Origin: Dehalococcoidia bacterium | GTDB lineage: Bacteria; Chloroflexota; Dehalococcoidia; Lucifugimonadales; QGNO01 | Reading direction: 5' to 3' | DNA: 64,000 nucleotides | NCBI GenBank assembly: GCA_965116555.1 | Contig: OZ220698.1 | Location: 1,705,011-1,769,010 of the forward strand | Part shown: positions 10,476 to 20,837 of the stretch, in pieces | How the letters are laid out: the number at the start of each line of letters is the position of its first letter | Position numbering within the stretch: position 1 is the first letter of the stretch | The notes under the pieces: model-generated | What the model was told of the DNA's origin: nothing | What the model saw: the letters and a program-made list of their open reading frames with translations, nothing else | Database searches by the model: none | Made by a program: the position numbers and the translations under genes

Positions 10476-10766
10476 ATGAGCCTAGATAACGAGAGTGCTA
10501 AGACAATACAAGTATTTGTTCAAGCCCACAAAGCTCGCTCAGACTTTATGGAGGCAGTTTATGCACTTTATCTTGCTATCGTCGTTGCCATTCAAGAAGT
10601 TGACGAAGCCCTGGCACAAGAAAAAGTATGGGATCGTTTTTCATCTGCCTTAGAATTGGCCGTGCCAACTATTGAAGCTCGTCTATTATCCGAAGACGAG
10701 AAAGATCAGTACCGCAGGATTTACGAACACTTTCAGGAGATGGTGCAGACAATTTCCAAAAAATAA
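10476..10766 (+). CDS. Hypothetical 96-aa predicted all-helical protein, AT-richer than its surroundings
   Basis: GGAGGG lies 7 nt upstream of the ATG. The ORF fills the gap. No family was recognised. Codon third positions are visibly A/T-rich compared with neighbours. Confidence 0.55.
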   Translation: MSLDNESAKTIQVFVQAHKARSDFMEAVYALYLAIVVAIQEVDEALAQEKVWDRFSSALELAVPTIEARLLSEDEKDQYRRIYEHFQEMVQTISKK

Positions 10767-10820
10767 AGAGCTGGCGTAAACATGAAGGCTAGGCTCATTT
10801 CCCAACCGCCGTTTCCCGCC

Positions 10821-13097
10821 TCATAACCCCAATGCGCCTCTTAGCAGCATGGCCGCCACTCCCTTGTCCAACGGGTGGTTGTTGTTGCCGCACTTGGGCG
10901 ACTGTATGCAGGCGGGACAGCCGTCCTCGCAGGGGCACTCCTGGAGCACCTGCAGGGTTGCCCGCCAGAGCTCCTCTATAATCCGGTAACCCTTTTCCGC
11001 GATGCCGACGCCTCCCTCGTGGCCGTCGTAGATGAAGATTTGCGGCCTGCGTGTGTCCAGATGAAACGGAGTGGACACCCCGCCTATGTCGTTGCGGTCG
11101 CAGAGGGCGAACAGCGGCAGCACGCCTATGGCGGCGTGCTCGGCGGCGTGAAGCCCTCCCGATAGGTCCAGCCTTTCGCTCCTGATCCTGGCCAGGTCAT
11201 CCTTGTGCGGATTGAACCAGAGGGCAACGGTGGAGAACTGCTGTGCCGGCAGGTCCAGCATCTCGTCCGATATGGGCTCGTCGTTGAAAGCCCTCCTCTG
11301 GTAGCTCACCACCTGGTTGGATACCTCCACTTCGCCCAGATACACGTCTATGCTGCCTACGGACCTCTCCTCCATGACGTGCCGCACCCGGATATCGGTC
11401 AGTGAATGGGTACGGGTGTAGTACTGCACCTCCCTGGGAGTGACGTAAGCCGTCCTGGAGTCCAGGGCCAACCGCTCGACCAGGTACTGATCACCGTAAT
11501 GGAGGTAGACCGCGCCCGTGTGGAGCTGGGAAAACGCGCTCCCCTCGTCCACCATTTCCAGAAGCGCCCCGGACTCGCTGCTGACCACCGCATAGGAACC
11601 ATGCGAGCTCGACCTGATGTTGACCTCTTCCGCCGGATAGACCACGCTAGCGCTGGGGAACCACCGTTCGCCATTCCTGTGCAGCAGGCCCTCCGCCTGG
11701 AGCGCGTCCAGGCGGCTTTGCAGGTCAGGGCCGAAGAACCTTTCGTCCCTTTTGCCAAGCGGTTTCTCGTAAACGGCGCAGAGCAGGTGCTGGTCCAGTA
11801 TGCGCGGGTTGTCGGGAGCGATCAGTGCGTGCTCGTGCGACCTGCCAAAGAAGAAGTCGGGATGGCGCATCAGATACTGGTCGAGCGGGTCGTTGCGGGC
11901 GACCAGTACGCTCAATGACCGTTCCTGACGCCGACCGCTGCGGCCAGCCTGCTGCCAGGCGCTGCTGACGCTTCCGGGGTATCCCCCCAGAATGGTCGCG
12001 TCCAGAGTGCCTACGTCGATGCCCAGTTCCAAGGCGTTGGTGGACGCCACGCCCAGCAGATCGCCGTTGAACAACGCCCGTTCGATGGCGCGTCTATCCT
12101 CCGCAAGATAGCTTGCCCGGTAGGGGCTGACCTTGGACATCAGGCTTGGAACGTGCTCGGCCAGGTAGTCTCTGACCGAGACGTAGACCAGCTCCACCTG
12201 GCGGCGGGTCCTGGTAAAGGTCAGGGTGCGAACGCCGCGCAGCAGCAGCTCCCTAAAGACCGCGGCCGCTTCCGCAATGGCGCTTCTGCGCCTTGTCCTG
12301 GACTCATCCAGGAAGGGCGGGTTCCAGAACAGGAAGTGCTTTCCTCCTTGCGGCGAGTGGTCTTGGTCGATCACCTTGACGGGCGCGCCGAGCAGATCCC
12401 CGGCCAGCTCTCCGGGATTGGCGACGGTGGCGGAGCAGAGGATGAATCTGGGGCTGCTCCCGTAGTACCCGGCCAATCGCCTCAGCCTGCGAATCACGTT
12501 TGCCATGTGCGAGCCGAATACGCCCGTGTAGGCGTGCGCCTCATCGATAACTACGTAGTCCAGGTTTCGGAAGAAGCGCTGCCATGTGCCGTGATTGGGC
12601 AGGATGCCCAGGTGCAGCATATCGGGGTTGGTGATCACGGCTTGCGCCGTCCTCTTGATCCCGGACCTGGCCTCGCCGGGGGTGTCCCCATCGAAAATCT
12701 CCGCCTTGATCGGAATCAGGTCGCTGCACAGGCCGTTGAGCGACCTGAGCTGGTTCTGGGCCAGCGCCTTGGTGGGAAACAGCAGCAACCCGCGGCTTGC
12801 TTTCTTGGCAAGAGCGGCCTCCAAAAGCGGCACCTGGTAGCACAGACTCTTGCCGCTGGCCGCGCCGGTGGCAACTATCAGGTTCTCCCCGTCTCGTGCT
12901 GCCTGCACCGACTCCGACTGATGGAGATAGAGCTGCTCCACGCCGCTCCGGGCAAGAGCGGCCTCCAATCTGGAGTCAAGTTGCGGGGAGAGCGATCCAT
13001 ACCGGGCAGGCCTGGCGGGCACCACCTCCTCGTGTACAATCTGGCTGTCGTAGTCGGAGGCTCCTCGTATGGCCTGCAGGAAGCCGGGCACGTCCAT
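10821..13097 (-). CDS. DEAD/DEAH-box helicase with C-terminal DUF1998 zinc module (MrfA/YprA-like)
   Basis: 758 aa. Walker A ATGAASGKS, DEAH box VIDEAHAY, and C-terminal CPCEDGCPACIQSPKCGNNNHPLDK. Confidence 0.9.
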   Translation of the reverse strand: MDVPGFLQAIRGASDYDSQIVHEEVVPARPARYGSLSPQLDSRLEAALARSGVEQLYLHQSESVQAARDGENLIVATGAASGKSLCYQVPLLEAALAKKASRGLLLFPTKALAQNQLRSLNGLCSDLIPIKAEIFDGDTPGEARSGIKRTAQAVITNPDMLHLGILPNHGTWQRFFRNLDYVVIDEAHAYTGVFGSHMANVIRRLRRLAGYYGSSPRFILCSATVANPGELAGDLLGAPVKVIDQDHSPQGGKHFLFWNPPFLDESRTRRRSAIAEAAAVFRELLLRGVRTLTFTRTRRQVELVYVSVRDYLAEHVPSLMSKVSPYRASYLAEDRRAIERALFNGDLLGVASTNALELGIDVGTLDATILGGYPGSVSSAWQQAGRSGRRQERSLSVLVARNDPLDQYLMRHPDFFFGRSHEHALIAPDNPRILDQHLLCAVYEKPLGKRDERFFGPDLQSRLDALQAEGLLHRNGERWFPSASVVYPAEEVNIRSSSHGSYAVVSSESGALLEMVDEGSAFSQLHTGAVYLHYGDQYLVERLALDSRTAYVTPREVQYYTRTHSLTDIRVRHVMEERSVGSIDVYLGEVEVSNQVVSYQRRAFNDEPISDEMLDLPAQQFSTVALWFNPHKDDLARIRSERLDLSGGLHAAEHAAIGVLPLFALCDRNDIGGVSTPFHLDTRRPQIFIYDGHEGGVGIAEKGYRIIEELWRATLQVLQECPCEDGCPACIQSPKCGNNNHPLDKGVAAMLLRGALGL

Positions 13098-13100
13098 CAG

Positions 13101-13394
13101 CTAAACACCGGAGATTATGTCCACTTCGTAGTCCAAGAGCTCGGCATCGCCGCGGATATCGTGCAGATAATCGACCACGTTCGACAGTACCTGGTTGGCA
13201 TGGCGAGAGTCGTTGCTCACGCAGGAGACCCCCAAAACAAGCGTCTGGTGAGCATCGTTCTCGTCCACCTCGGCGATGGAAACGTTGAACTTATTTCTTA
13301 TCCGACCGGTGATGGAGCGGGCCGCCTGGCGCTTGCCCTTGAGGGTCCCATTTCCAGGCAGGCGGAGCCGTATTTTGCAGGTGCCTACGTTCAT
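13101..13394 (-). CDS. DUF503 family protein (YlxP-like)
   Basis: MNVGTCKIRLRLPGNGTLKGKRQAARSITGRIRNKFNVSIAEVDENDAHQ matches the DUF503 pattern. It ends 4 nt before the helicase start. Confidence 0.8.
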   Translation of the reverse strand: MNVGTCKIRLRLPGNGTLKGKRQAARSITGRIRNKFNVSIAEVDENDAHQTLVLGVSCVSNDSRHANQVLSNVVDYLHDIRGDAELLDYEVDIISGV

Positions 13395-13467
13395 TGTCAG
13401 AAGGTACGACCAGTATAACAGCACTCCCTGTACGGGAACCCAGGGGTGCGCTGGGCGAAGGGTAATG

Positions 13468-13977
13468 TCAGACCGAGCCTTCCAAGCTGCCGAGGTACGT
13501 CGGGATATCAGACCTCGAAACTCCCAGGTACTTGGTCGCGGATAGGCCGCTTTCCATATCTTGCCAGAACACGGTCTTTAGCTCTTCAGGGAATACGGTC
13601 ATCCCGGCCATCTCGTCCCTCCGGACGAATCGCACGTCCTTGATCATGTGGTCTACGTCGAAGATGCCGGAGCCGGGGTTGCCGCCCGTCAACAGCGTCC
13701 CGGAGTACGAGGTGGCCATGAAGAATACCTCGCAGTGGTGGTAGCCCGGCTCCACGAACTCCCGGATATAGGCTATTCTGCCCAGCTCGACCGACAGCCC
13801 CGTCTCTTCAAGGGTCTCGCGCTGGGCGCATTCCACCAAAGACTCCCCGCCATCTATACCACCGCCCGGCGGCACCCACCAAGACTCGCCTCCCTTGAGT
13901 TCGTCATGTTGATGCTGAACAAGGAGCACCGAGTCGCCTTCTACCACAATGGCTGCCGCCCTGATTCTGTGTCGCAT
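13468..13977 (-). CDS. NUDIX hydrolase
   Basis: Nudix box GGGIDGGESLVECAQRETLEETGL. The start is set at the internal ATG 13977 (MRHRIRAAAIVVEG); the upstream part of the 291-aa track ORF looks non-coding. Confidence 0.85.
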   Translation of the reverse strand: MRHRIRAAAIVVEGDSVLLVQHQHDELKGGESWWVPPGGGIDGGESLVECAQRETLEETGLSVELGRIAYIREFVEPGYHHCEVFFMATSYSGTLLTGGNPGSGIFDVDHMIKDVRFVRRDEMAGMTVFPEELKTVFWQDMESGLSATKYLGVSRSDIPTYLGSLEGSV

Positions 13978-14053
13978 ACGCTCAGCCAGTCTAACCGATA
14001 CAGCTCTGCTGTCCAACGCGGAGTCAGCATGAAGAGAAGAACAGCACGTTTCC

Positions 14054-14082
14054 TTGACGGTGTTTGTGACAACTACTACAAT
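14054..14082 (+). promoter_or_regulatory. Candidate rex promoter with an embedded degenerate Rex box
   Basis: TTGACG (14054..14059), a 17-nt spacer, then TACAAT (14077..14082). The spacer contains TTGTGAC-AACT-ACTACAA (14064..14081). It matches 10 of 14 half-site positions of the Rex operator TTGTGAA-N4-TTCACAA (6/7 left, 4/7 right). Confidence 0.45.
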
Positions 14083-14167
14083 CAGCTTGCCCCAAGACAG
14101 AAATCGTGAAAAAGCTGGTTGAACAAGTGCGTTTTTGTCAAAGGTCTCTGCCCAAGGGTGGTCCAAC

Positions 14168-14821
14168 ATGACCACCAACCCAGAAAATAGGGAAAACCTA
14201 TCCGCGGAAGTCCCTGAGGTGGTGATAATGCGCCTGCCACAGTACTTGCGGATACTGACGCGCCTGAGCACCCAGGGGATAGAGGTAGCCAGCTCGCAGC
14301 AGCTGGGCGAGCTGATACAGATGACCCCAGCCCAAATCCGCAAGGACCTCAGCTACTTTGGCAGGTTCGGGAAGCAGGGACGCGGATACAACATCTCCAA
14401 TCTAATTGAAGAGCTGCGGAGCATCCTGGGCCTGGATATTGAGTGGAAGGTGGGCCTGGTCGGCATAGGCCGCCTGGGGCGCGCCATTCTAAGCTATCCG
14501 GGCTTCGCGCCGGAGGGGTTCAACATCGTTGCCGCATTTGACGCCGACGATCGCCAGATTGGGCAGATGGTGGGCGGCATAATGGTCCAGCCCATGCACA
14601 GGCTGGCGGAGGTGATCAGCGCGGAAGGCATTCAAATCTGCATCACGGCCGTACCAGCTGATGACGCTCAGCCCGTAGTTGACGAACTGGTGAAGTGCGG
14701 GGTGAAAGCTATTGTGAACTACGCGCCGGTGGGGATACAGGTACCGCCGCACGTCAAGGCGCGAAACATAGATCCGGTGCTTGCGCTGCAGTCGATGACG
14801 TATTACGTGGCGAACGCCTGA
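14168..14821 (+). CDS. rex: Redox-sensing transcriptional repressor Rex
   Basis: RLPQYLRILTRL, QIRKDLSYFGRFGKQGRGY and GLVGIGRLGRAIL (Rossmann) motifs. ATG at 14168 has AGGGTGG upstream; an alternative TTG start lies at 14135. Confidence 0.9.
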   Translation: MTTNPENRENLSAEVPEVVIMRLPQYLRILTRLSTQGIEVASSQQLGELIQMTPAQIRKDLSYFGRFGKQGRGYNISNLIEELRSILGLDIEWKVGLVGIGRLGRAILSYPGFAPEGFNIVAAFDADDRQIGQMVGGIMVQPMHRLAEVISAEGIQICITAVPADDAQPVVDELVKCGVKAIVNYAPVGIQVPPHVKARNIDPVLALQSMTYYVANA

Positions 14822-14822
14822 A

Positions 14823-15245
14823 TCAAGAGGGTGGTCGACGCTGGCGGCGGCGTTTTACGTCCAACCGCAACCTTGATCGCCTGATTGAAGCCAGCGCCCG
14901 CTGCAGGTTCGCGCCCTCTTCCCTTCTCTCCAGCCTCTCCTCGGCTCTGCGCAACGCTTCCTGCGCCCGCGCCTCGTCTATCTCTTCGGAACGCTCCGCG
15001 GCGTCGGCCAGCACGATAACCCGGTTGCCCGTCACCTCCAGAAAACCGCCGGTGACCGCCATGTACACGTCCTCCTCGCCCGTCTTTTGAATTCGCAACT
15101 CTCCGGGCTGCAGGATTGTGAGCAACGGCGCATGGTGCGGCAGGATGCCAAGCTCTCCCTCCATGCCCGGAGCGACGACTATATCCACCTCGTCCGAGTA
15201 GACCAGGCGTTCCGCCGTCACTATCTCTAGCAGCATTGGCGCCAT
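14823..15245 (-). CDS. atpC: F1 ATP synthase subunit epsilon
   Basis: 140 aa; last gene of the atp operon. Unusual Arg-rich C-terminal tail RRSRLRLDVKRRRQRRPPS. Confidence 0.95.
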   Translation of the reverse strand: MAPMLLEIVTAERLVYSDEVDIVVAPGMEGELGILPHHAPLLTILQPGELRIQKTGEEDVYMAVTGGFLEVTGNRVIVLADAAERSEEIDEARAQEALRRAEERLERREEGANLQRALASIRRSRLRLDVKRRRQRRPPS

Positions 15246-15248
15246 GCG

Positions 15249-16664
<1,416 letters not shown>

Positions 16665-16690
16665 TCACTCCGTTTGTTAAAGTAACCGCG

Positions 16691-17560
16691 CTACGCTTCC
16701 AGCGCGGCGACGCCGCCCACAATGTCCAGGAGCTCTTTAGTTATGGACTCCTGACGCACCTTGTTTAGCAGCAGTGTAAGGCCGTCTATCATATCGTTGG
16801 CGGCGTCGGTAGCGTTCTGCATCGCCACCATACGCGCCGAATGCTCGCTGGCCACCGCCTCCAGCATTGCGTGGTATATCTGCATTTCCACAAACCTGGG
16901 GAGAAGCTCTCCCAAGACCTGCAGGCTTTGCGGTTCGTAGATGTAGCCCACCGCCTGCCCGGGTTCCAACTCCGCCGGCTCCACCGGAAGCAGCCTCTGC
17001 ATTGTGGGACGCTGTGTAGCGGTACTGACGAATACGCCGTACGAAAGGTACACCTCGTCGGCAAGGCCGCTGATGTAGTCCTCTATGGCCAAGTGGGCTA
17101 TGGGCAGCGTGTCTTCCAAACTGGGACGGTCGCCCAGGTCGGTGAATACGGCGCGCAAGTCGCGGCCCGTCCTCGCCATGAAATCGCGTCCCTTCCTGCC
17201 CACGCTGAGTATGCTTACGGGCGACTCCCTCTCCAAGATGAACTGACCCGCCGACCGGTTCAGGTTGGAGGGCAGACCTCCGCAGAGTCCTCTATCCGGG
17301 GTTATGTGCACTATCTGAACACGCTTCACGTCACGCTTCTGCAGCAGCGGGTGGCTCTGTTCGTCCTCTCCGGCCTGCGATGCAAGGTCGGCCAGCACAG
17401 TCCGCATCTTTTCGGAATACGGTCTGCCCGCAATGGAAAGCTGCTGAGCGCGCCTCATCTTGGATGCCGCAATCATCTGCATGGCCTTGGTGATCTTGGC
17501 CGTGTTCTGCACGCTTCTGATGCGGCGTCTTATTGTCCTTACGTTAGAGACTACTGCCAT
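16691..17560 (-). CDS. atpG: F1 ATP synthase subunit gamma
   Basis: 289 aa. N-terminal IRRRIRSVQNTAKITKAMQMIAASKMRRAQ and C-terminal ITKELLDIVGG. Confidence 0.95.
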   Translation of the reverse strand: MAVVSNVRTIRRRIRSVQNTAKITKAMQMIAASKMRRAQQLSIAGRPYSEKMRTVLADLASQAGEDEQSHPLLQKRDVKRVQIVHITPDRGLCGGLPSNLNRSAGQFILERESPVSILSVGRKGRDFMARTGRDLRAVFTDLGDRPSLEDTLPIAHLAIEDYISGLADEVYLSYGVFVSTATQRPTMQRLLPVEPAELEPGQAVGYIYEPQSLQVLGELLPRFVEMQIYHAMLEAVASEHSARMVAMQNATDAANDMIDGLTLLLNKVRQESITKELLDIVGGVAALEA

Positions 17561-17566
17561 CTTCTA

Positions 17567-17794
17567 CTACTCTTCTTCCTCGTCCTCAAGGGTCTCTTCA
17601 TATATCCACGCCACGTGGGATACGTTGACGACTGTAGGCATGTCGTTGTCCTGATCACGCACCAATAGATAACCGTCGCCGCCGTCTTCCAGAACGCCGG
17701 CCACTTCCTGCAAGAAGCCCTCGCTCTCTAGAGTGGTTACAATCACTACTGGCTTGTTCTTGAACTGCCTTAGAGCCTGTTCCGCTAGTCCCAT
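17567..17794 (-). CDS. Hypothetical 75-aa acidic protein embedded between atpA and atpG
   Basis: It fills the whole atpA-atpG gap, 7 nt and 6 nt from its neighbours. Sequence MGLAEQALRQFKNKPVVIVTTLESEGFLQEVAGVLEDGGDGYLLVRDQDNDMPTVVNVSHVAWIYEETLEDEEEE shows an Sm-like / DUF2642-like beta pattern by eye. Confidence 0.6.
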   Translation of the reverse strand: MGLAEQALRQFKNKPVVIVTTLESEGFLQEVAGVLEDGGDGYLLVRDQDNDMPTVVNVSHVAWIYEETLEDEEEE

Positions 17795-17801
17795 GTTCCT
17801 T

Positions 17802-19316
17802 CTACTCCAAGGTTACGGTCTGCTTGTACGCCTCAATAGCGTCCCTGAGCGCTTTCTGATTGTCATCGGTTATTTCGTACGTGGTGGCGATGCTCTCCAA
17901 TATCTGGGGATGATTCGCCTCCACGTACTGGTGGAAGCCGCTTTCCCATTCGCGCACCCTGGGAACAGGAACGTCGTCCAAGTAGCCGTTGGTAACGGCA
18001 AACATGATGGAGACCTGCTTTTCCAACGACAAGGGCTGGTACTGAGGCTGCTTCAACACCTCCGTGATGCGCTGGCCGCGTTCCAACTGCTCTCGCGTGG
18101 CGCGATCCAAGTCAGAGGTGCCAAACTGGGCAAACGTGACCAGCTCCCTGTACTGCGCCAAGTCCAGGCGCAGTCTACCCGCCACGCTCCTCATGGCGCG
18201 CCTCTGCGCCGACCCGCCTACGCGGGACACGGAAAGTCCGGCGTTCACCGCAGGTCTTATACCGGCATTGAACAGTTCCGACTCCAGGTAGATCTGGCCG
18301 TCGGTGATGGAAATGACGTTGGTTGGGATATAAGCCGATACGTCACCGGCCTGGGTTTCTATGATGGGCAGAGCGGTGAGGGAACCACCCCCGTGCTCAT
18401 TGGACAGCCGTGCCGCTCTTTCCAAGAGCCTGCTGTGCAGATAGAACACGTCTCCGGGGTAGGCTTCCCGACCGGGAGGCCTGCGCAGCAGCAACGACAG
18501 CTGGCGGTATGCCCAAGCGTGCTTGGATAGATCGTCGTAGATGATCAGCGCGTCCCTGCCCTGCTCCATGAACTCTTCGCCTATGGCGCATCCGGCATAG
18601 GGAGCGAGGTACTGTAGAGGCGCCGGGTCAGAGGCGTTGGCGGCCACGACCACGGTGTGCTCCATGGCCCCGTTCTGCTCCAATATAGCAACTGTCTGGG
18701 CCACCTTGCCTACCCGTTGCCCTATCGCCACGTAGATGCAGATCAGATCGCCGCCCTTCTGGTTGATGATGGCGTCAAGGGCTATGGCGCTCTTGCCCGT
18801 TGAGCGGTCTCCGATGATCAACTCTCTCTGGCCACGGCCTATCGGGATCATGCTGTCGATGGCTTTGATGCCGGTTTGCACCGGCACGTTCACCGCCTGG
18901 CGGGTCACCACGTTGGGGGCAACGCGCTCTATGGGGCGCGTGCTCTCCGTCCGCAGAGGGCCTTTGCCGTCTATGGGCCTGCCCAGTGCGTCAACAGTGC
19001 GGCCGATGAGGTCGTTCCCTACCGGGACCTCTGCAACGCGGCCCGTGGAGCGCACTTCGTCGCCCTCTTTTATTTGGGAGTCGTCGCCCATGATGGCGGC
19101 TCCCACGGCATCCTCTTCCAGGTTCATGGCCATGCCGATGACGTCTCCGGGGAAAGCCAGCAGCTCCGTGTACTGCACTCCTCCAAGGCCGTGAATCCTG
19201 GCTATGCCGTCGCCCACCTCGGTGACTGTGCCAACGTCAACCATGGTCAAATCGCCGCCAAACTCTTCAATTTGACGCTTTATTACAGCAGCCAGGTCCT
19301 GGCCTCGTGTGGTCAT
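17802..19316 (-). CDS. atpA: F1 ATP synthase subunit alpha
   Basis: 504 aa with Walker A GDRSTGKS and typical alpha-subunit sequence throughout. Confidence 0.98.
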   Translation of the reverse strand: MTTRGQDLAAVIKRQIEEFGGDLTMVDVGTVTEVGDGIARIHGLGGVQYTELLAFPGDVIGMAMNLEEDAVGAAIMGDDSQIKEGDEVRSTGRVAEVPVGNDLIGRTVDALGRPIDGKGPLRTESTRPIERVAPNVVTRQAVNVPVQTGIKAIDSMIPIGRGQRELIIGDRSTGKSAIALDAIINQKGGDLICIYVAIGQRVGKVAQTVAILEQNGAMEHTVVVAANASDPAPLQYLAPYAGCAIGEEFMEQGRDALIIYDDLSKHAWAYRQLSLLLRRPPGREAYPGDVFYLHSRLLERAARLSNEHGGGSLTALPIIETQAGDVSAYIPTNVISITDGQIYLESELFNAGIRPAVNAGLSVSRVGGSAQRRAMRSVAGRLRLDLAQYRELVTFAQFGTSDLDRATREQLERGQRITEVLKQPQYQPLSLEKQVSIMFAVTNGYLDDVPVPRVREWESGFHQYVEANHPQILESIATTYEITDDNQKALRDAIEAYKQTVTLE

Positions 19317-19364
19317 AGCTCCACCTCTTCCGTTCTTAACTTGGGCATTCTTATCTTGGGCGTT

Positions 19365-19904
19365 CTAACTTGGGGTTGCCAGCACGCTTTGCCGCAACGA
19401 TCGCAGTCTTCCACGTGCGCTCCCATCAATGATTCTGTCTCCGATTTTAACAAGCACTCCACCAAGGACTTCTTCATCCGTCCTGGTGGTGAGCACCACT
19501 TCCTTGTCCAGCAGCGCGCTCAACAGCCGGCCAAGCTTTTCTCTCTGCGCCTCATCCAAATCAAGAGCCGCCGTAACCTCGGCGCGCTCTCTGCCCTGGC
19601 TTTCATCCAGCAGCCGTTGATATTCACTGAGCACACCCGGCAGAACCGGCAGGCCGCCCTTTGAAGTGAGCAGACCCAACAGGTTCAGCACCGTTGGGCT
19701 CAGGTCCTTGAGGACGTCTCGCAGCAGTTGAAGCTTGCGATCCAAGCTCACTTTGGGCAGTTCAAGGAAGGCCATCGTCTCGCTATCGCTCAGGGCTTCG
19801 GCCGCCGTTTGCAATTCGGCAAGCCACTCCTCCAAGCGGCCTTGCTCCTGTGCAATGGCAAATGCCGCCTGGGCGTAGCGCTTGGCTACAGGCCTTCGAG
19901 CCAT
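19365..19904 (-). CDS. atpH: F1 ATP synthase subunit delta (OSCP)
   Basis: 179 aa. N-terminal RYAQAAFAIAQEQG; sits between atpF and atpA. Confidence 0.9.
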   Translation of the reverse strand: MARRPVAKRYAQAAFAIAQEQGRLEEWLAELQTAAEALSDSETMAFLELPKVSLDRKLQLLRDVLKDLSPTVLNLLGLLTSKGGLPVLPGVLSEYQRLLDESQGRERAEVTAALDLDEAQREKLGRLLSALLDKEVVLTTRTDEEVLGGVLVKIGDRIIDGSARGRLRSLRQSVLATPS

Positions 19905-20410
19905 CAGCCTTCGTTCCTCTGGAATAGATCGCTTTCCGACAAGGTCTGCTCTATGAGGTCTTTGTGAGCGTCCTTGTCCAGCGAGCGGCGCACCACGCGT
20001 TCAGCAGCCAGTATAGCCAGGTCGGCGAACTGTTGCCGCACCTCCTCTACCGCTGCATCACGCTCCCTTTGTATTTCAGAGCGGGCGTTGGAAAGAAAAG
20101 CGTCCGCTTCCGTACGCGCCTTCTCTCGCTCCTCATCGCGGAACCTCTGAGCCGACTGCCTGGCCTGTTCAATCAGGCCTTGCCCCTCCCGGCGCGCCTC
20201 CCTGATCTGCTCCTCCATCTCTTGCTGGCGCTGGGCAGACTCCACCTGCAGGTTTTGTGCCTGCTCCATGCTCTCTTTGATGCGTTGCGAGCGCTCATCA
20301 AGAACACGCAAGATGCGCTTGTAACCCACCAAGTACAATATGACCAGCAGGATGGTAAAGTTGACCAAATATACCACCAAGCTGGGTATATGGAAGCCTA
20401 GTTCTGCCAT
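19904..20410 (-). CDS. atpF: Fo ATP synthase subunit b
   Basis: 168 aa with one N-terminal TM helix and a long charged coiled-coil; operon position fits. Confidence 0.9.
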   Translation of the reverse strand: MAELGFHIPSLVVYLVNFTILLVILYLVGYKRILRVLDERSQRIKESMEQAQNLQVESAQRQQEMEEQIREARREGQGLIEQARQSAQRFRDEEREKARTEADAFLSNARSEIQRERDAAVEEVRQQFADLAILAAERVVRRSLDKDAHKDLIEQTLSESDLFQRNEG

Positions 20411-20451
20411 ACCCCTCTCCCGTTTGTGCTAGGTCTGCCGAACTTACGAGT

Positions 20452-20817
<366 letters not shown>

Positions 20818-20837
20818 TCAGCTCCTCAGTTGGAAGG

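Noticed and set aside
10821-13097. DUF1998 helicase as part of a Druantia/DISARM-like defence system
   Set aside because: Its size (758 aa) and architecture match housekeeping MrfA/YprA. No methyltransferase, DrmB/DruH-like or other large partner genes are adjacent, and the neighbours are NUDIX and DUF503.
12153-13418. Long antisense ORFs typical of high-GC DNA. Examples: 12153..13418 (421 aa), 20700..21737 (345 aa), 16841..17668, 17733..18530, 18876..19664, 30548..31417, 44972..45640, 52872..53648, 24588..25277, 3549..4520
   Set aside because: Each lies opposite a gene with an unmistakable conserved product (helicase, atpB, atpG, atpA, hpt, vWA, CoA-transferase, isomerase, dnaK). Their translations are Arg/Gly/His-rich with no recognisable motifs.
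14095-14125. TCGTGAAAAAGCTGGTTGAAC as a Rex operator
   Set aside because: The two halves are direct, not inverted. The better, still weak, candidate is 14064..14081 inside the promoter spacer.
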